Source: Patescibacteria group bacterium
GTDB lineage: Bacteria; Patescibacteriota; Minisyncoccia; UBA6257; GWB1-50-10
DNA: 64,000 bases
NCBI GenBank assembly: GCA_038065455.1
Contig: JBBTQX010000002.1
Coordinates: forward strand, 1 to 64,000
Reading direction: 5' to 3'
The notes beneath the pieces were generated by a model, which was not told the DNA's origin, made no database searches, and saw nothing but the letters and a program-made list of their open reading frames with translations. A program made the translations under genes and the position numbers. Within the stretch, counting starts at the first letter, position 1, and the number at the start of each line of letters is the position of its first letter. Of this stretch, positions 1 to 9,074 are shown in pieces.

Positions 1-90
1 TGGCGGAGGGGGAGGGATTTGAACCCTCGAAGCCTTTTACAGCTTGCCACCTTTCCAAGATGGTGCACTAGACCGCTATGCGACCCCTCC
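1..90 (-). tRNA. tRNA-Ser(GGA)
   Basis: Reverse complement GGAGGGGTCGCATAGCGGTCTAGTGCACCATCTTGGAAAGGTGG...GGTTCAAATCCCTCCCCCTCCGCCA: cloverleaf, anticodon GGA, long variable arm, encoded CCA. Confidence 0.95.
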
Positions 91-169
91 GTTACGAATC
101 TACATTAACACTTTTCAATCGTTTTTCAAACACTCATATAAAAATAATAATAAAAGTATAATCAGGACT

Positions 170-195
170 GGGTGGTATACTTAAGTATACCACCC
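170..195. repeat. Family D palindrome, copy 1 (GGGTGGTATACTTAAGTATACCACCC)
   Basis: Perfect 26-bp palindrome; same 24-bp GGTGGT-N12-ACCACC core at 1207, 51663 and 53921. Confidence 0.85.
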
Positions 196-340
196 TCGTT
201 GCTTATCGAAGATTTTTATATTTTATTTCTTTTTCTCTCCTGTTTCCTATTCTATTTTCTTCTCTTATTTTTCCATCATCCTTAAATCGCAAGCAGAACC
301 AATCCCCCGACGAGAATGCCAAGCATGGATTAGATACGAA

Positions 341-1267
341 TTACCACCCTCCGCTTGACCCGCCGCCGCCGGAAGAGCCGCCGCCGAAGCCGCCGAAACC
401 TCCCCCGCCGGAACCGCCTCGACCACCGAATCCTCCGCCTCCAATCCACCAAGGCGGAATGCCTCCGCCGGATTTATATTTTTGATAATTTTTTGAAACG
501 ATATAATCAAATAAAAGACCGATGGGAATCAAGAGAACAATCCAAATAATACCGGTATAAAGAAAACCTTTGATTATTCCAATTATTACCCCGGCTGCGC
601 CGCCAATAACTCCGCCGGCCCACCAGGATTTGGAACGGCCGAGAATACTCGCGAGCCAGATCGGCACGAAAAATACCAGGAAGAACCAATCAAAACGGGA
701 ACTGCCGCCGGAATTCGACGGACTAGCGCCGGGAATTTCTTCAGTGCCGGAAATTGCTCCGATTATCCTATCTGCCGCGCCGTTCAATCCACCCGCGTAA
801 TCGGCGTTCTTGAAAGCGGGCGTGAGCACGTCGCGGATGAGCCAGAAACTCTGGGCGTCCGTCAGATATCCTTCCAAGCCGTAACCCACTTCAATCCGCA
901 TTTTGCGGTCTTCTTTGGAGACCAATATCAAAACGCCATTGTCTTTTTTCTCATCGCCTATCCCCCACTCCTTGAAAAGTTCTGCGGCGAAATTTTCAAT
1001 CGTATCGCCGCCCAGATTATTTATCGTGGCAATCACAATTGCATTGCCGGTTTGTTTTTGAAAATCGGAAAGTTTGGCATTTAATCCTTCGATTTCGCTC
1101 GGACCAAGCATTCCGGCAAAATCATTCACCGCGCCTTTGGGCGCGCCCGGGTTTTGATAGGCCAAAACCGCCATCGGAATAATACCGAAGATGAGAATAA
1201 AGACGAGGGTGGTATCTTTAAAGATACCACCCAGAGAAAAACTATTAGAACTGGACTGAAGGCGCAT
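341..1267 (-). CDS. TPM-domain (YgcG-like) membrane protein with Gly-rich C-terminus
   Basis: VNDFAGML, WGIGDEKKDNGVLILVS, RIEVGYGLEG motifs; GGGSSGGGGSSGGW tail; lies next to lemA; start codon uncertain. Confidence 0.9.
   Translation of the reverse strand: MRLQSSSNSFSLGGIFKDTTLVFILIFGIIPMAVLAYQNPGAPKGAVNDFAGMLGPSEIEGLNAKLSDFQKQTGNAIVIATINNLGGDTIENFAAELFKEWGIGDEKKDNGVLILVSKEDRKMRIEVGYGLEGYLTDAQSFWLIRDVLTPAFKNADYAGGLNGAADRIIGAISGTEEIPGASPSNSGGSSRFDWFFLVFFVPIWLASILGRSKSWWAGGVIGGAAGVIIGIIKGFLYTGIIWIVLLIPIGLLFDYIVSKNYQKYKSGGGIPPWWIGGGGFGGRGGSGGGGFGGFGGGSSGGGGSSGGW
1207..1232. repeat. Family D palindrome, copy 2 (inside the 5' end of the TPM ORF)
   Basis: GGGTGGTATCTTTAAAGATACCACCC, perfect palindrome. 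Confidence 0.85.
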
Positions 1268-1802
1268 TTTCGGAACCGGCCTGAGCCTCAAAATATTCCC
1301 GCGCCGAGAAGCCGAAGATGCCAGCCACGATATTCGAAGGAAATCTCTTCGTCATGGCATTGAAGCTCCGCACGCTGTCATTGAAGCGCTGGCGCTCCAC
1401 GCTTACGCGATTCTCCGTGCCTTCCAGCTGAACCATCAGGGTCTGCACCGTATCGATTGATTTCAATTGCGGATAATTTTCCATTATGGCGAGCAGGCGC
1501 CCGAAAGCGGTTTCTATTTGGCCCGCGGCAGCAGCTTTTTGGTCCACCGTGGCGGCGGCGCCGTACTTGGTACGCGCCTCTGCAATTGCGTCAAAAACCT
1601 GCTGTTCCTGCTTCATCGCGCCCTTCACGGAATTGACCAAATTTGGAATCAAGTCCAGCCGGCGCTGGTATTGCGCCTCCACCTGGGCCCATTGGCCGTT
1701 AATGGCCTCGCGCCCATTCACGAAATTATTATAAGTGCCGAAGAAATAAATGACGACCAAGAGAACGATTGCTCCGATAATCAACCAAGTTTTATTTTTC
1801 AT
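1245..1802 (-). CDS. lemA: LemA family protein
   Basis: N-terminal TM; QYQRRLDLIPNLV, ENYPQLKS, LEGTENR and FPSNIVA motifs. Confidence 0.95.
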   Translation of the reverse strand: MKNKTWLIIGAIVLLVVIYFFGTYNNFVNGREAINGQWAQVEAQYQRRLDLIPNLVNSVKGAMKQEQQVFDAIAEARTKYGAAATVDQKAAAAGQIETAFGRLLAIMENYPQLKSIDTVQTLMVQLEGTENRVSVERQRFNDSVRSFNAMTKRFPSNIVAGIFGFSAREYFEAQAGSENAPSVQF

Positions 1803-1841
1803 AATGATATTATACCAAATCTTTATAGATAAATCCCAAAT

Positions 1842-3476
1842 CTAGTACTCCCCCATTCCGCCAGGCATTCCGCCGCCCGGCAAATCCTTCTTGGGAATTT
1901 CAACGACGCCTGCGCCGATAGTAAGGTAGGTGGCCGCGACCGAAACGGCGTTCCGGAAGGCGGTCTTCGTAACTTTCAGCGGGTCAATGATGCCAGCGGC
2001 TTTCAAATCATCCATATCGTTTTTTGAAGCGTTGAAGCCTTTCCAATTTTCGTTCGGAGCGCGCTTCTTGAGCTTCTCGATAATTTTAGCCGGACTCTCG
2101 CCGCTGTTCGCCACAATGGCGGTCAAAGGCGCCTCAATGGCTCGGCTTAATATCTGGGCCACCGCTTCGGACACGGGATTCGCCTGGCTGTTTTTCGCCG
2201 CCGTCTCGTAAGTATTGAAAAGCGCGATGCCGCCGCCGGGCACGATTCCTTCTTCCATTGCAGCGCGCGTAGCAGCCACCGCGTCCTCTACTCGCTGTTT
2301 CAATTCTTTTTGGGCAGACTCGGTCGGCGCGCCCACTTTGATGATTGCAACGCCGCCGGAAAGTTTGCCGAGGCGCTCCTGTAATTTTTCCTTGTCGAAA
2401 TCGGAATCAATGGTTTTGATTTGCGCCTTGATTTGCTTCACCTGTTCGTCGATAGCATTCTTGTTTCCCTTGCCGCCCACGATTATCGTCTTGTCTTTAT
2501 TGGAGACTACGCGATGGGCGTGTCCGAGATCGCTCAATTCCACTCCATCCATTTTTTTGCCCAAATCTTCGGAGATGAAATTCGCGCCGGTCACGACGGC
2601 GATATCCTGGAGCATTTCTTTTTTTCGGTCGCCGAAGCCCGGCGCCTTTACCACGAGAACGCTGAAGATACCGCGAATCTTGTTCACGACGATGGTCGCG
2701 AGCGCTTCGCTATCCACCTCTTCGGCTACGATTAAAAGTTCTTTTTTGCCGCTCTGGATGACTTTTTCGAGAAGCGGGAGCAGATCGCTGATGGCCGAAA
2801 TCTTCCGATCAGTCACTAGAATATAGGGGTCTTCCAGAACCGCTTCCATCCGCTCCTGATTCGTCACCATATATTGCGAGACGTAGCCGCGGTCGAACTG
2901 CATACCCTCCACCATTTCATGGGAATTGCCGACGGTATTGGAGTCCTCGATAGTCACCACGCCTTCCCGGCCGACTTTGGACATTATCTCGGCAATCAAT
3001 TTGCCGATTTCGCTGTCTTTGGCCGACAAGGTCGCCACCTCTTCTATTTTTTTATTGTCGTTGATTTCTTCTTTCTGGCTCTCGAGCGCTTTCACAATCG
3101 CCTCACTGCCTTTTTTGAGCTCTTCGGCGAGCTGGATGACGTTGAAGCCTTTTTCGCGGATGGCCTTCTCGCCTTCTTCTATCATCGCGTGCGCCAAAAC
3201 AGTTGCAGTCGTGGTACCATCGCCCACATTGTCGTTCGTCTTGTCCGCCGCCTGTTTGATGAATTCGGCGCCGAGATTTTCGTATTTATCCTCAAATTCT
3301 ATTTCTTTCGCCACCGTCACGCCGTCGAAAGTGACTTGGGGCGCGCCATAGCCTTTTTCGATTACGACTGCCCGGCCACGAGGCCCAAGCGTCATCCTTA
3401 CCGCTTCGGCAAGCTTGTCGATACCCTTCTTCATAGCTACGCGGGCATTCTCGTTAAATTTTATTTCTTTTGCCAT
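1842..3476 (-). CDS. groL: Chaperonin GroEL
   Basis: TLGPRGR, GDGTTTAT, GMQFDRGY, KAPGFGDRKK; GGM tail. Confidence 0.99.
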   Translation of the reverse strand: MAKEIKFNENARVAMKKGIDKLAEAVRMTLGPRGRAVVIEKGYGAPQVTFDGVTVAKEIEFEDKYENLGAEFIKQAADKTNDNVGDGTTTATVLAHAMIEEGEKAIREKGFNVIQLAEELKKGSEAIVKALESQKEEINDNKKIEEVATLSAKDSEIGKLIAEIMSKVGREGVVTIEDSNTVGNSHEMVEGMQFDRGYVSQYMVTNQERMEAVLEDPYILVTDRKISAISDLLPLLEKVIQSGKKELLIVAEEVDSEALATIVVNKIRGIFSVLVVKAPGFGDRKKEMLQDIAVVTGANFISEDLGKKMDGVELSDLGHAHRVVSNKDKTIIVGGKGNKNAIDEQVKQIKAQIKTIDSDFDKEKLQERLGKLSGGVAIIKVGAPTESAQKELKQRVEDAVAATRAAMEEGIVPGGGIALFNTYETAAKNSQANPVSEAVAQILSRAIEAPLTAIVANSGESPAKIIEKLKKRAPNENWKGFNASKNDMDDLKAAGIIDPLKVTKTAFRNAVSVAATYLTIGAGVVEIPKKDLPGGGMPGGMGEY

Positions 3477-3483
3477 AGTTTTT

Positions 3484-3774
3484 TTAATCTAAAATCGCAA
3501 GGATATCATCCTCATCGCCGACCAGATATTTTTTCTTCTCGACTTCTATTTCATCGGGACCGTACTTCTTGAAAAGCACCCGATCGCCGATTTTGACCGA
3601 CATTGGGACTCTTTCTCCTTTATCGTTAAGTTTGCCGGGGCCGACAGCCACGATTTTGCCCTGCATCGGTTTTTCCTTTTCCACCGTATCCGGCAGAACT
3701 ATTCCCGATTTAGTGATTACTTCTTCCGCAAGCGGCTCGATGAATAAATGATTAGATAGTGGTTTGAAATTCAT
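3484..3774 (-). CDS. groS: Co-chaperonin GroES
   Basis: FKPL...TKSGIVLPDT...VAVGPG...DILAI. Confidence 0.98.
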   Translation of the reverse strand: MNFKPLSNHLFIEPLAEEVITKSGIVLPDTVEKEKPMQGKIVAVGPGKLNDKGERVPMSVKIGDRVLFKKYGPDEIEVEKKKYLVGDEDDILAILD

Positions 3775-3785
3775 GCTAATTATGT

Positions 3786-3853
3786 ATAAATTTTCGAGTC
3801 TGTAGATGATGAAAATTTATCTACAGAATCGAGCACCCCGCCGTCGGCGGGGT
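3786..3853 (-). repeat. Family C structured element, short copy in the groES leader
   Basis: Near-identical to 41416-41477 and 41551-41563; GC hairpin plus two interleaved stems. Confidence 0.8.
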
Positions 3854-3915
3854 AAAGGTTTTCTAGACAAATTTTCGTCGCTTTCGCTTCAGCTTGAAAA
3901 TTTGTAGAAAGCCCT

Positions 3916-3942
3916 TTAGCACTTCCGACCTTTGATTGCTAA
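3916..3942. promoter_or_regulatory. CIRCE element (HrcA operator) upstream of groES
   Basis: TTAGCACTT-N9-GATTGCTAA vs consensus TTAGCACTC-N9-GAGTGCTAA; hrcA is in this window. Confidence 0.9.
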
Positions 3943-3971
3943 CAGAAGATATATTACCCTACAATTTAATC

Positions 3972-5660
3972 ATGTCAACTGATTGGATTCCAAAAGAGGG
4001 TTTGATTCGCCGGGCTTACGAATTCGCCGATAGGGCCCATGGGGACATAAAAAGATTGCGCGGCGAGCCGTATATAGACCATTGCGTCGAGGTCGCCAAA
4101 TACGTTTCCGATTGGAGCTTGGGCGAAACGGCCATCGCGGCCGCTCTACTCCACGATGTCGTGGAAGACACCGAATATACTTTAGAGGACATCGAAAAAG
4201 AATTCGGGCCAGAGATAGCGAGCCTCGTCGATGGCCTCACAAAGATAGAAACGATGGAATATCCGGAAAAAGCCGACTCGGAAAGTTTGAGAAAAATACT
4301 CATTTCTTCCGCCAAGGATTTGAGAATTCTTCTCATAAAGCTCGCCGACCGGCTGAGCAATATGGGGACACTGGAATTCCTCCCGCTGGAACGGCAGAAG
4401 AAATATGCCTGGGAAACGGCGGAAATTTACGCCCCGCTCGCCTACCGCCTCGGCATGCAGAAACTTTCAGGCGATCTGGAAGATATGGCCTTCCCGTTTA
4501 TCTATCCCGACGAATACAAGTGGCTGACGGAAGAAGTGAAGGACGACTACTCGGAACGGCAGAAATATGCCCAGAAAGTGGTGCCGATAGTGATGAAAGC
4601 TCTCAAAGAACACAAAATCGAGCCGATCAGCATCGATTCCCGCGCCAAGCGCTATTACAGCCTCTACAAAAAACTTCTCCGCTACGATATGGATATGAGC
4701 CGGGTCTATGACCTGGTAGCGCTCCGCATCGTGGTCCAGACCGTGGAAGAGTGCTACGCGGCTCTCGGGGTAATCCACCAGCTTTGGCAGCCGATGCCGA
4801 ACCGATTCAAGGATTACATTGCCCGGCTGAAACCGAACGGATACCGGAGTCTTCACACAACCGTTTTCGCCCTGGACAACAAAATATTGGAAATCCAAAT
4901 CAGAACCAAAGAAATGCACGAAGAAAACGAGCTTGGCATCGCCGCCCATTGGGCCTATCAGCAGGTAAAAAGTTCGGCGGAAAAAAGCAAAAAATGGCTC
5001 GGTGTGAAAGACAAAAGTGAGATGCTCTGGATGGAACAATTGAGCAATTGGCAGAAACACGCCAACGACGAGGATGATTTCCTGGAATCATTGAAGGTGG
5101 ATTTTTTCAAAGACCGCATCTTCGTGCTGACGCCCCAGAACGACATAATCGATTTGCCGGCGGGCGCGACGCCGGTGGATTTCGCCTACCGCATCCACTC
5201 GGATATCGGCGACAACTGCGTGGGCGCGAAGGTGAATGGTAAAATCGCTCCCCTCGATTATGAGCTCCAAACGCGCGATGTGGTGGATATCATTACCCAA
5301 AAAAACAGAAAACCTTCCGAAGACTGGCTCCGATTCGTCAAAACCTCGCTCGCCAAAAAACATATCCGCGAAGTACTGAACGAGGACAGCCGGCGCATCC
5401 GGAAAAAACTGATTGTTCCCCAATTGGAAACGAAGATAGCCAATGACGACCGACCCGGCTATCTCAAGGAGGTTACCGCTGTCTTCGGCGAGATGAAAAT
5501 AAATATCACCTTTCTTCAAAGTTTTACGGATAACCGCGGGGCGCTCTCGTCCGTCATCGTGCGTTCCGACGTGCCCTCCCCCGACCGCATCCAGAAGCTT
5601 ATGGTGCGGCTAAAAAAGATTCCGGGCACCAAAGAGGCGAATCACAAGATTAGCCGCTGA
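3972..5660 (+). CDS. rel: RelA/SpoT family (p)ppGpp synthetase/hydrolase (HD, synthetase, TGS, ACT)
   Basis: LLHDVVED, IKLADR, RFKDYI..KPNGYRSLHT, EIQIRT, TPVDFAY; ATG 3972 chosen because TACAAT lies 6 nt upstream. Confidence 0.95.
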   Translation: MSTDWIPKEGLIRRAYEFADRAHGDIKRLRGEPYIDHCVEVAKYVSDWSLGETAIAAALLHDVVEDTEYTLEDIEKEFGPEIASLVDGLTKIETMEYPEKADSESLRKILISSAKDLRILLIKLADRLSNMGTLEFLPLERQKKYAWETAEIYAPLAYRLGMQKLSGDLEDMAFPFIYPDEYKWLTEEVKDDYSERQKYAQKVVPIVMKALKEHKIEPISIDSRAKRYYSLYKKLLRYDMDMSRVYDLVALRIVVQTVEECYAALGVIHQLWQPMPNRFKDYIARLKPNGYRSLHTTVFALDNKILEIQIRTKEMHEENELGIAAHWAYQQVKSSAEKSKKWLGVKDKSEMLWMEQLSNWQKHANDEDDFLESLKVDFFKDRIFVLTPQNDIIDLPAGATPVDFAYRIHSDIGDNCVGAKVNGKIAPLDYELQTRDVVDIITQKNRKPSEDWLRFVKTSLAKKHIREVLNEDSRRIRKKLIVPQLETKIANDDRPGYLKEVTAVFGEMKINITFLQSFTDNRGALSSVIVRSDVPSPDRIQKLMVRLKKIPGTKEANHKISR

Positions 5661-5679
5661 TTTTTAACATTAGTCTTTT

Positions 5680-6618
5680 TTATTCCGCGCCCGGACCGAG
5701 CAGTTTTTCCAAAACGCCGTGCCATTCCTCATCGGAATAAAAATCAATCGCCACCCGGCCCTTCCCTCCATGCTTCGTTACTTTAACTGGCACGCCCAAT
5801 CCTTCTTCCAATCTTTTTTGCCAATAAACCGTTTCCGGGTCGGCCGCTTCCGTTTTCCGGACTTCGCTCTTCGCCGCCCGGACGGTCAAGCCGCGCGACA
5901 AAATGTTTTCAAAAATTCTTTTTTGCTCGTCAACGCTTTCTATGCCCAAAAGCGTCCGTGCCTGAGATTCATTCAATTTATTTTGGATTAAAGCCTCTTG
6001 AATATATGAAGGGAGATTTAAAAGACGCATCGTATTCGCCACCGTTTCCCGGCTCTTGCCCACCCGCACCCCAATCTCCTTCTGGGTCAAGCCGAATTCA
6101 TCCTGAAGGCGCGAATAGGCCTTGGCGGATTCGATGGGATTCAAATTATGGCGCTGGAGATTCTCGATGAGCGCCATCTCGAGCTTTGTCCGGTTTGCAT
6201 CCACTTTCTTCACGATGGCCGGCACGCGTTCCAAACCGGCGAGCTTCGCGGCCCGCAAACGGCGTTCCCCCGCAATCAATTGGTATTCCACATCCGTCCC
6301 CGCCTCCGTTTCCTTGAAAACTTTGGAAACGATGAGCGGCTGAATAATGCCGAACTCCCGAATTGATTGGGCAAGATCGCCAAGCTCTTCGTCGTTGAAA
6401 TCATGGCGCGGCTGGAAAGGATTGGGCTTAATTTTCTCCACCTCTATCTGGAAGATGGATTCGCCATCGGATATTTTTTTAGGTCCATTGTTTCCACCCG
6501 CATTCCTCGCCGAAGCAACAGGAGAATAGTTGTTATTATTCATCGGAGAATGTGCCTTCCCATCCGACGTTTCTTTTTGCGGCGGTATTAAAGATGAAAG
6601 TCCTCTTCCAATTGGCAT
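5680..6618 (-). CDS. parB: ParB/Spo0J partition protein
   Basis: GRGLSSLI, NPFQPR, LIAGERRLRAA, IENLQR, HTH. Confidence 0.96.
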   Translation of the reverse strand: MPIGRGLSSLIPPQKETSDGKAHSPMNNNNYSPVASARNAGGNNGPKKISDGESIFQIEVEKIKPNPFQPRHDFNDEELGDLAQSIREFGIIQPLIVSKVFKETEAGTDVEYQLIAGERRLRAAKLAGLERVPAIVKKVDANRTKLEMALIENLQRHNLNPIESAKAYSRLQDEFGLTQKEIGVRVGKSRETVANTMRLLNLPSYIQEALIQNKLNESQARTLLGIESVDEQKRIFENILSRGLTVRAAKSEVRKTEAADPETVYWQKRLEEGLGVPVKVTKHGGKGRVAIDFYSDEEWHGVLEKLLGPGAE

Positions 6619-6924
6619 AATAGTTTAATTATAGTTTATTTTTTGGAAACTAAAACAGAGGGGTGAAAACCTCCCTTAACGCCGCTTTCCTTCAATTGAA
6701 ATTCCGAGGATTTGATATAAATAAATTAAAAACAAAGAGCAACTCGAAACATGAAGTACTTGCAACGCGCCGGTCCGTTTCTCCTTCCTCTGTTCTAGGA
6801 AACGCACATGTACGCTGGTCGAAACTTTATTAAAATACCCTCCTGCCGATTGCAAAGCTGCAGACTCCGCCGCCGACATTTGAAATACCCTACGTCAGCC
6901 CGAACCGTGGAAAATAATAACATC

Positions 6925-7749
6925 CTACTTCCCGATGTCAAACGAAGGGAAATTCGCCTCCTGGGGATAAAATACCTCCCCTTCCGAAACCGCTTTTCCT
7001 TCGATGATTTCCCTGGCCAATCTCTCATAGGCCAAAGCACCGGGACTCTGGGGTGCGTAAAGCATAATGGGCTTTTGAAAACTGGGCGCCTCGGCCAAGC
7101 TTACCGAGCGCGGAATCTCGACTTCGAAGACTTTGTAGGGGAAACGTTTGCGCACTTCTCGCGCGATTTCCCGCGAGAGCCTTTCCCGCTTGTCATACAT
7201 CGTAAGAAGCGCGCTCACGGATTTTATTTCGTGTCCCAGATTATTTTTCACCAAGTCCACGCTCTCCAGAAGCTGACTCAAGCCTTCCAGGCTGTAATAT
7301 TCGCACTGGACGGGCACGAGCACCTCGTCGGCGGAAGCCAAGCCGTTCACCGTCAAGAGATTCAAGCTCGGTCCCAGGTCAATGAGAATAAATTCATAAT
7401 TATTTCTAATTTTTTCTATGAAGTTTTTTAGATACCATTCCCGGTCCGGCAGATTCACGAGCTCCACGAGCGCCCCGGCCAAATCCGGCGAGGCCGGAAT
7501 CATCTGGAGATTCGAGAGATAGGTGTCCTTAATCGCCCGCTCCGGCGCCTGGCCGGCCAGAAGGATATGGTAAATGGTTTCATCCGGCGCCCGCTGAATG
7601 CCGAGGCCGACCGTCGCGTTGTATTGCGGGTCGAAATCGATTAGAAGCGTCTTCCGCCCCGTCATCGCCAAATAAGCGGAGAGATTCATCGCCGTGGTCG
7701 TCTTTCCAACGCCGCCTTTGGCATTGTAAATGCAAATTACTCTGGCCAT
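6925..7749 (-). CDS. parA: ParA/Soj ATPase
   Basis: KGGVGKTTT deviant Walker A, IDFDPQ, PVQCEYY, LAEAPS; start moved to ATG 7749 because the longer ORF overlaps a tRNA. Confidence 0.96.
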   Translation of the reverse strand: MARVICIYNAKGGVGKTTTAMNLSAYLAMTGRKTLLIDFDPQYNATVGLGIQRAPDETIYHILLAGQAPERAIKDTYLSNLQMIPASPDLAGALVELVNLPDREWYLKNFIEKIRNNYEFILIDLGPSLNLLTVNGLASADEVLVPVQCEYYSLEGLSQLLESVDLVKNNLGHEIKSVSALLTMYDKRERLSREIAREVRKRFPYKVFEVEIPRSVSLAEAPSFQKPIMLYAPQSPGALAYERLAREIIEGKAVSEGEVFYPQEANFPSFDIGK

Positions 7750-7792
7750 TATGTTGATTTTAGTGTAAAAAAATCGTATTATCAAATAAATT

Positions 7793-7879
7793 GCCTGGGT
7801 GGCGGAATTTGGTTTACGCGTAGCACTCAAAATGCTATGGCCTTCACTGGCCGTGTGGGTTCGAGTCCCACCTCAGGCA
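7793..7879 (+). tRNA. tRNA-Leu(CAA)
   Basis: GCCTGGGTGGCGGAATTTGG...TAGCA-CTCAAAA-TGCTA...GGTTCGAGTCCCACCTCAGGCA; long variable arm; CCA not encoded. Confidence 0.93.
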
Positions 7880-8066
7880 CACATGAGAGGATATTTCAGA
7901 ACCTCAAAGGTAAATAAATAATAATAAAAAATAATTGGCCTATATAATCGGCCTTTCATTGGGCGATGGCAACCTTTTTTCTTGTATTGTATCTGCCATG
8001 CTGATTGCCATATATCCGAGCATATCCCGCATGGTGCCAAATGTCCTTGCACATTACCGATTTCAC

Positions 8067-8095
8067 TTGACAGTAAGGTTATATTCTGCTATATT
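8067..8095 (+). promoter_or_regulatory. Sigma70-type promoter for the 66-aa gene
   Basis: TTGACA-N17-TATATT. Confidence 0.7.
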
Positions 8096-8172
8096 TAAAA
8101 CACTCTTAAAATGATTGGGAGTCCGGGCTACGAAGGTTTCGTGGCAAATTTGTATCTTGAAAGGAGGATCCT

Positions 8173-8373
8173 ATGGATCCCAAACGACAGGGCGAGATCG
8201 CTCTCAAACTGGTGAAGCAACTCATGCGCAAGCGTGGCATCCAACTCTCGCAGGACAACATGCGCGAGTTCGGAAATGTCGCGAAGGCAATTGAGGTGCC
8301 TGTCGAGGAGCTGAAGCAGTTCGCCAAGCCCCTCATGCAGGAATTCCTCGACGAGTGCTTCTCCGCCAAGTAG
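8173..8373 (+). CDS. Small hypothetical helical protein (66 aa)
   Basis: Strong SD (AAAGGAGG), own promoter and downstream terminator. Confidence 0.8.
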   Translation: MDPKRQGEIALKLVKQLMRKRGIQLSQDNMREFGNVAKAIEVPVEELKQFAKPLMQEFLDECFSAK

Positions 8374-8486
8374 TAGTCGGGAAACTAGGGTGGAGCTTCT
8401 AGTTCCCTAAAAGGGTAATTGCACCTCGCCGTCACAAGCGGACAAGGGCAGAACAAGAACCTAACCCCATTTTCCGGCAATACAAC

Positions 8487-8519
8487 CCCACTATCCTTTA
8501 AAATAGTGGGACTTTTTTT
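8487..8519 (+). terminator. Intrinsic terminator
   Basis: CCCACTAT...ATAGTGGG followed by a T-run, between convergent genes. Confidence 0.65.
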
Positions 8520-8523
8520 ATTA

Positions 8524-8811
8524 TCAGTCGGGCTTCAACCATACATCATTCCCGGACCCATTATATTGCACCTTCTTTTTTAAGGATGGAAATCTTCCTG
8601 TTCTCGCCCCGATTATACCCGCGCCCAGCTTTCCGTTCGAGCGGATGACGCGGTGGCAAGGAATTTTCGGATTATAGTTGCCATTCAGGATATTCCCGAC
8701 GGCCCGATAGGCCTTCGGCCGGCCCGCGAGCTTCGCGACGGCCTTATACGTCAGAACCTCGCCTTTCGGAATTTTTCCGACGATTCGAAGAACTTTTTCT
8801 TTGAATTCCAT
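8524..8811 (-). pseudogene. MGMT/Ogt-family alkyltransferase with apparent frameshift near the 3' end
   Basis: IPKGEVLTY, RAVG, IPCHRV motifs; expected GYN...KISILKKEG tail is in another frame after an extra GC at ~8621-8624. Confidence 0.75.
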
Positions 8812-9032
8812 ATGTCGTCTATTTCAAATATTTTTTCTTTCGACATCGCGCCCCCGGCGAGCGCTATGTTTATCTTGGATATCCCCAAAAATTCGGAAAG
8901 CGCGTCCGCAACCGCCTTGTTCGCCTTCCCTTCCTTAGGTGGCGCATTCACGCTCACCTTGTAGTGGGTTTCGTCGAGTTTTTCGACTTTTTCGTTTTTG
9001 GCGTTGGCTTTTACCGATACATATATTTTCAT
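8751..9032 (-). CDS. DUF167/YggU family protein
   Basis: VKANAK...VNAPPKEGKANKAV...FLGISK...SKEKIFEI. Confidence 0.88.
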   Translation of the reverse strand: MKIYVSVKANAKNEKVEKLDETHYKVSVNAPPKEGKANKAVADALSEFLGISKINIALAGGAMSKEKIFEIDDIWNSKKKFFESSEKFRKARF

Positions 9033-9074
9033 AAATTTAATTTTAAGTTTTAAATTTTAATTTAATGTTCAAAT

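Noticed and set aside
341-450. GCC/CCG-rich repeats at the TPM gene end
   Set aside because: Codons of the family-typical Gly-rich tail, not a separate repeat
2215-3572. Long + strand ORFs opposite groEL (and similar ones opposite serS, lysS, proS, rpoA)
   Set aside because: Antisense shadow frames of conserved genes with no recognisable motifs
3936-3971. TTG start and N-terminal extension of rel given by the ORF track
   Set aside because: Overlaps the CIRCE box and the -10 box; ATG 3972 fits better
7750-7830. Extended parA N-terminus
   Set aside because: Overlaps tRNA-Leu on the other strand
7880-8520. Integrated element at tRNA-Leu
   Set aside because: No integrase and no duplicated tRNA 3' end seen
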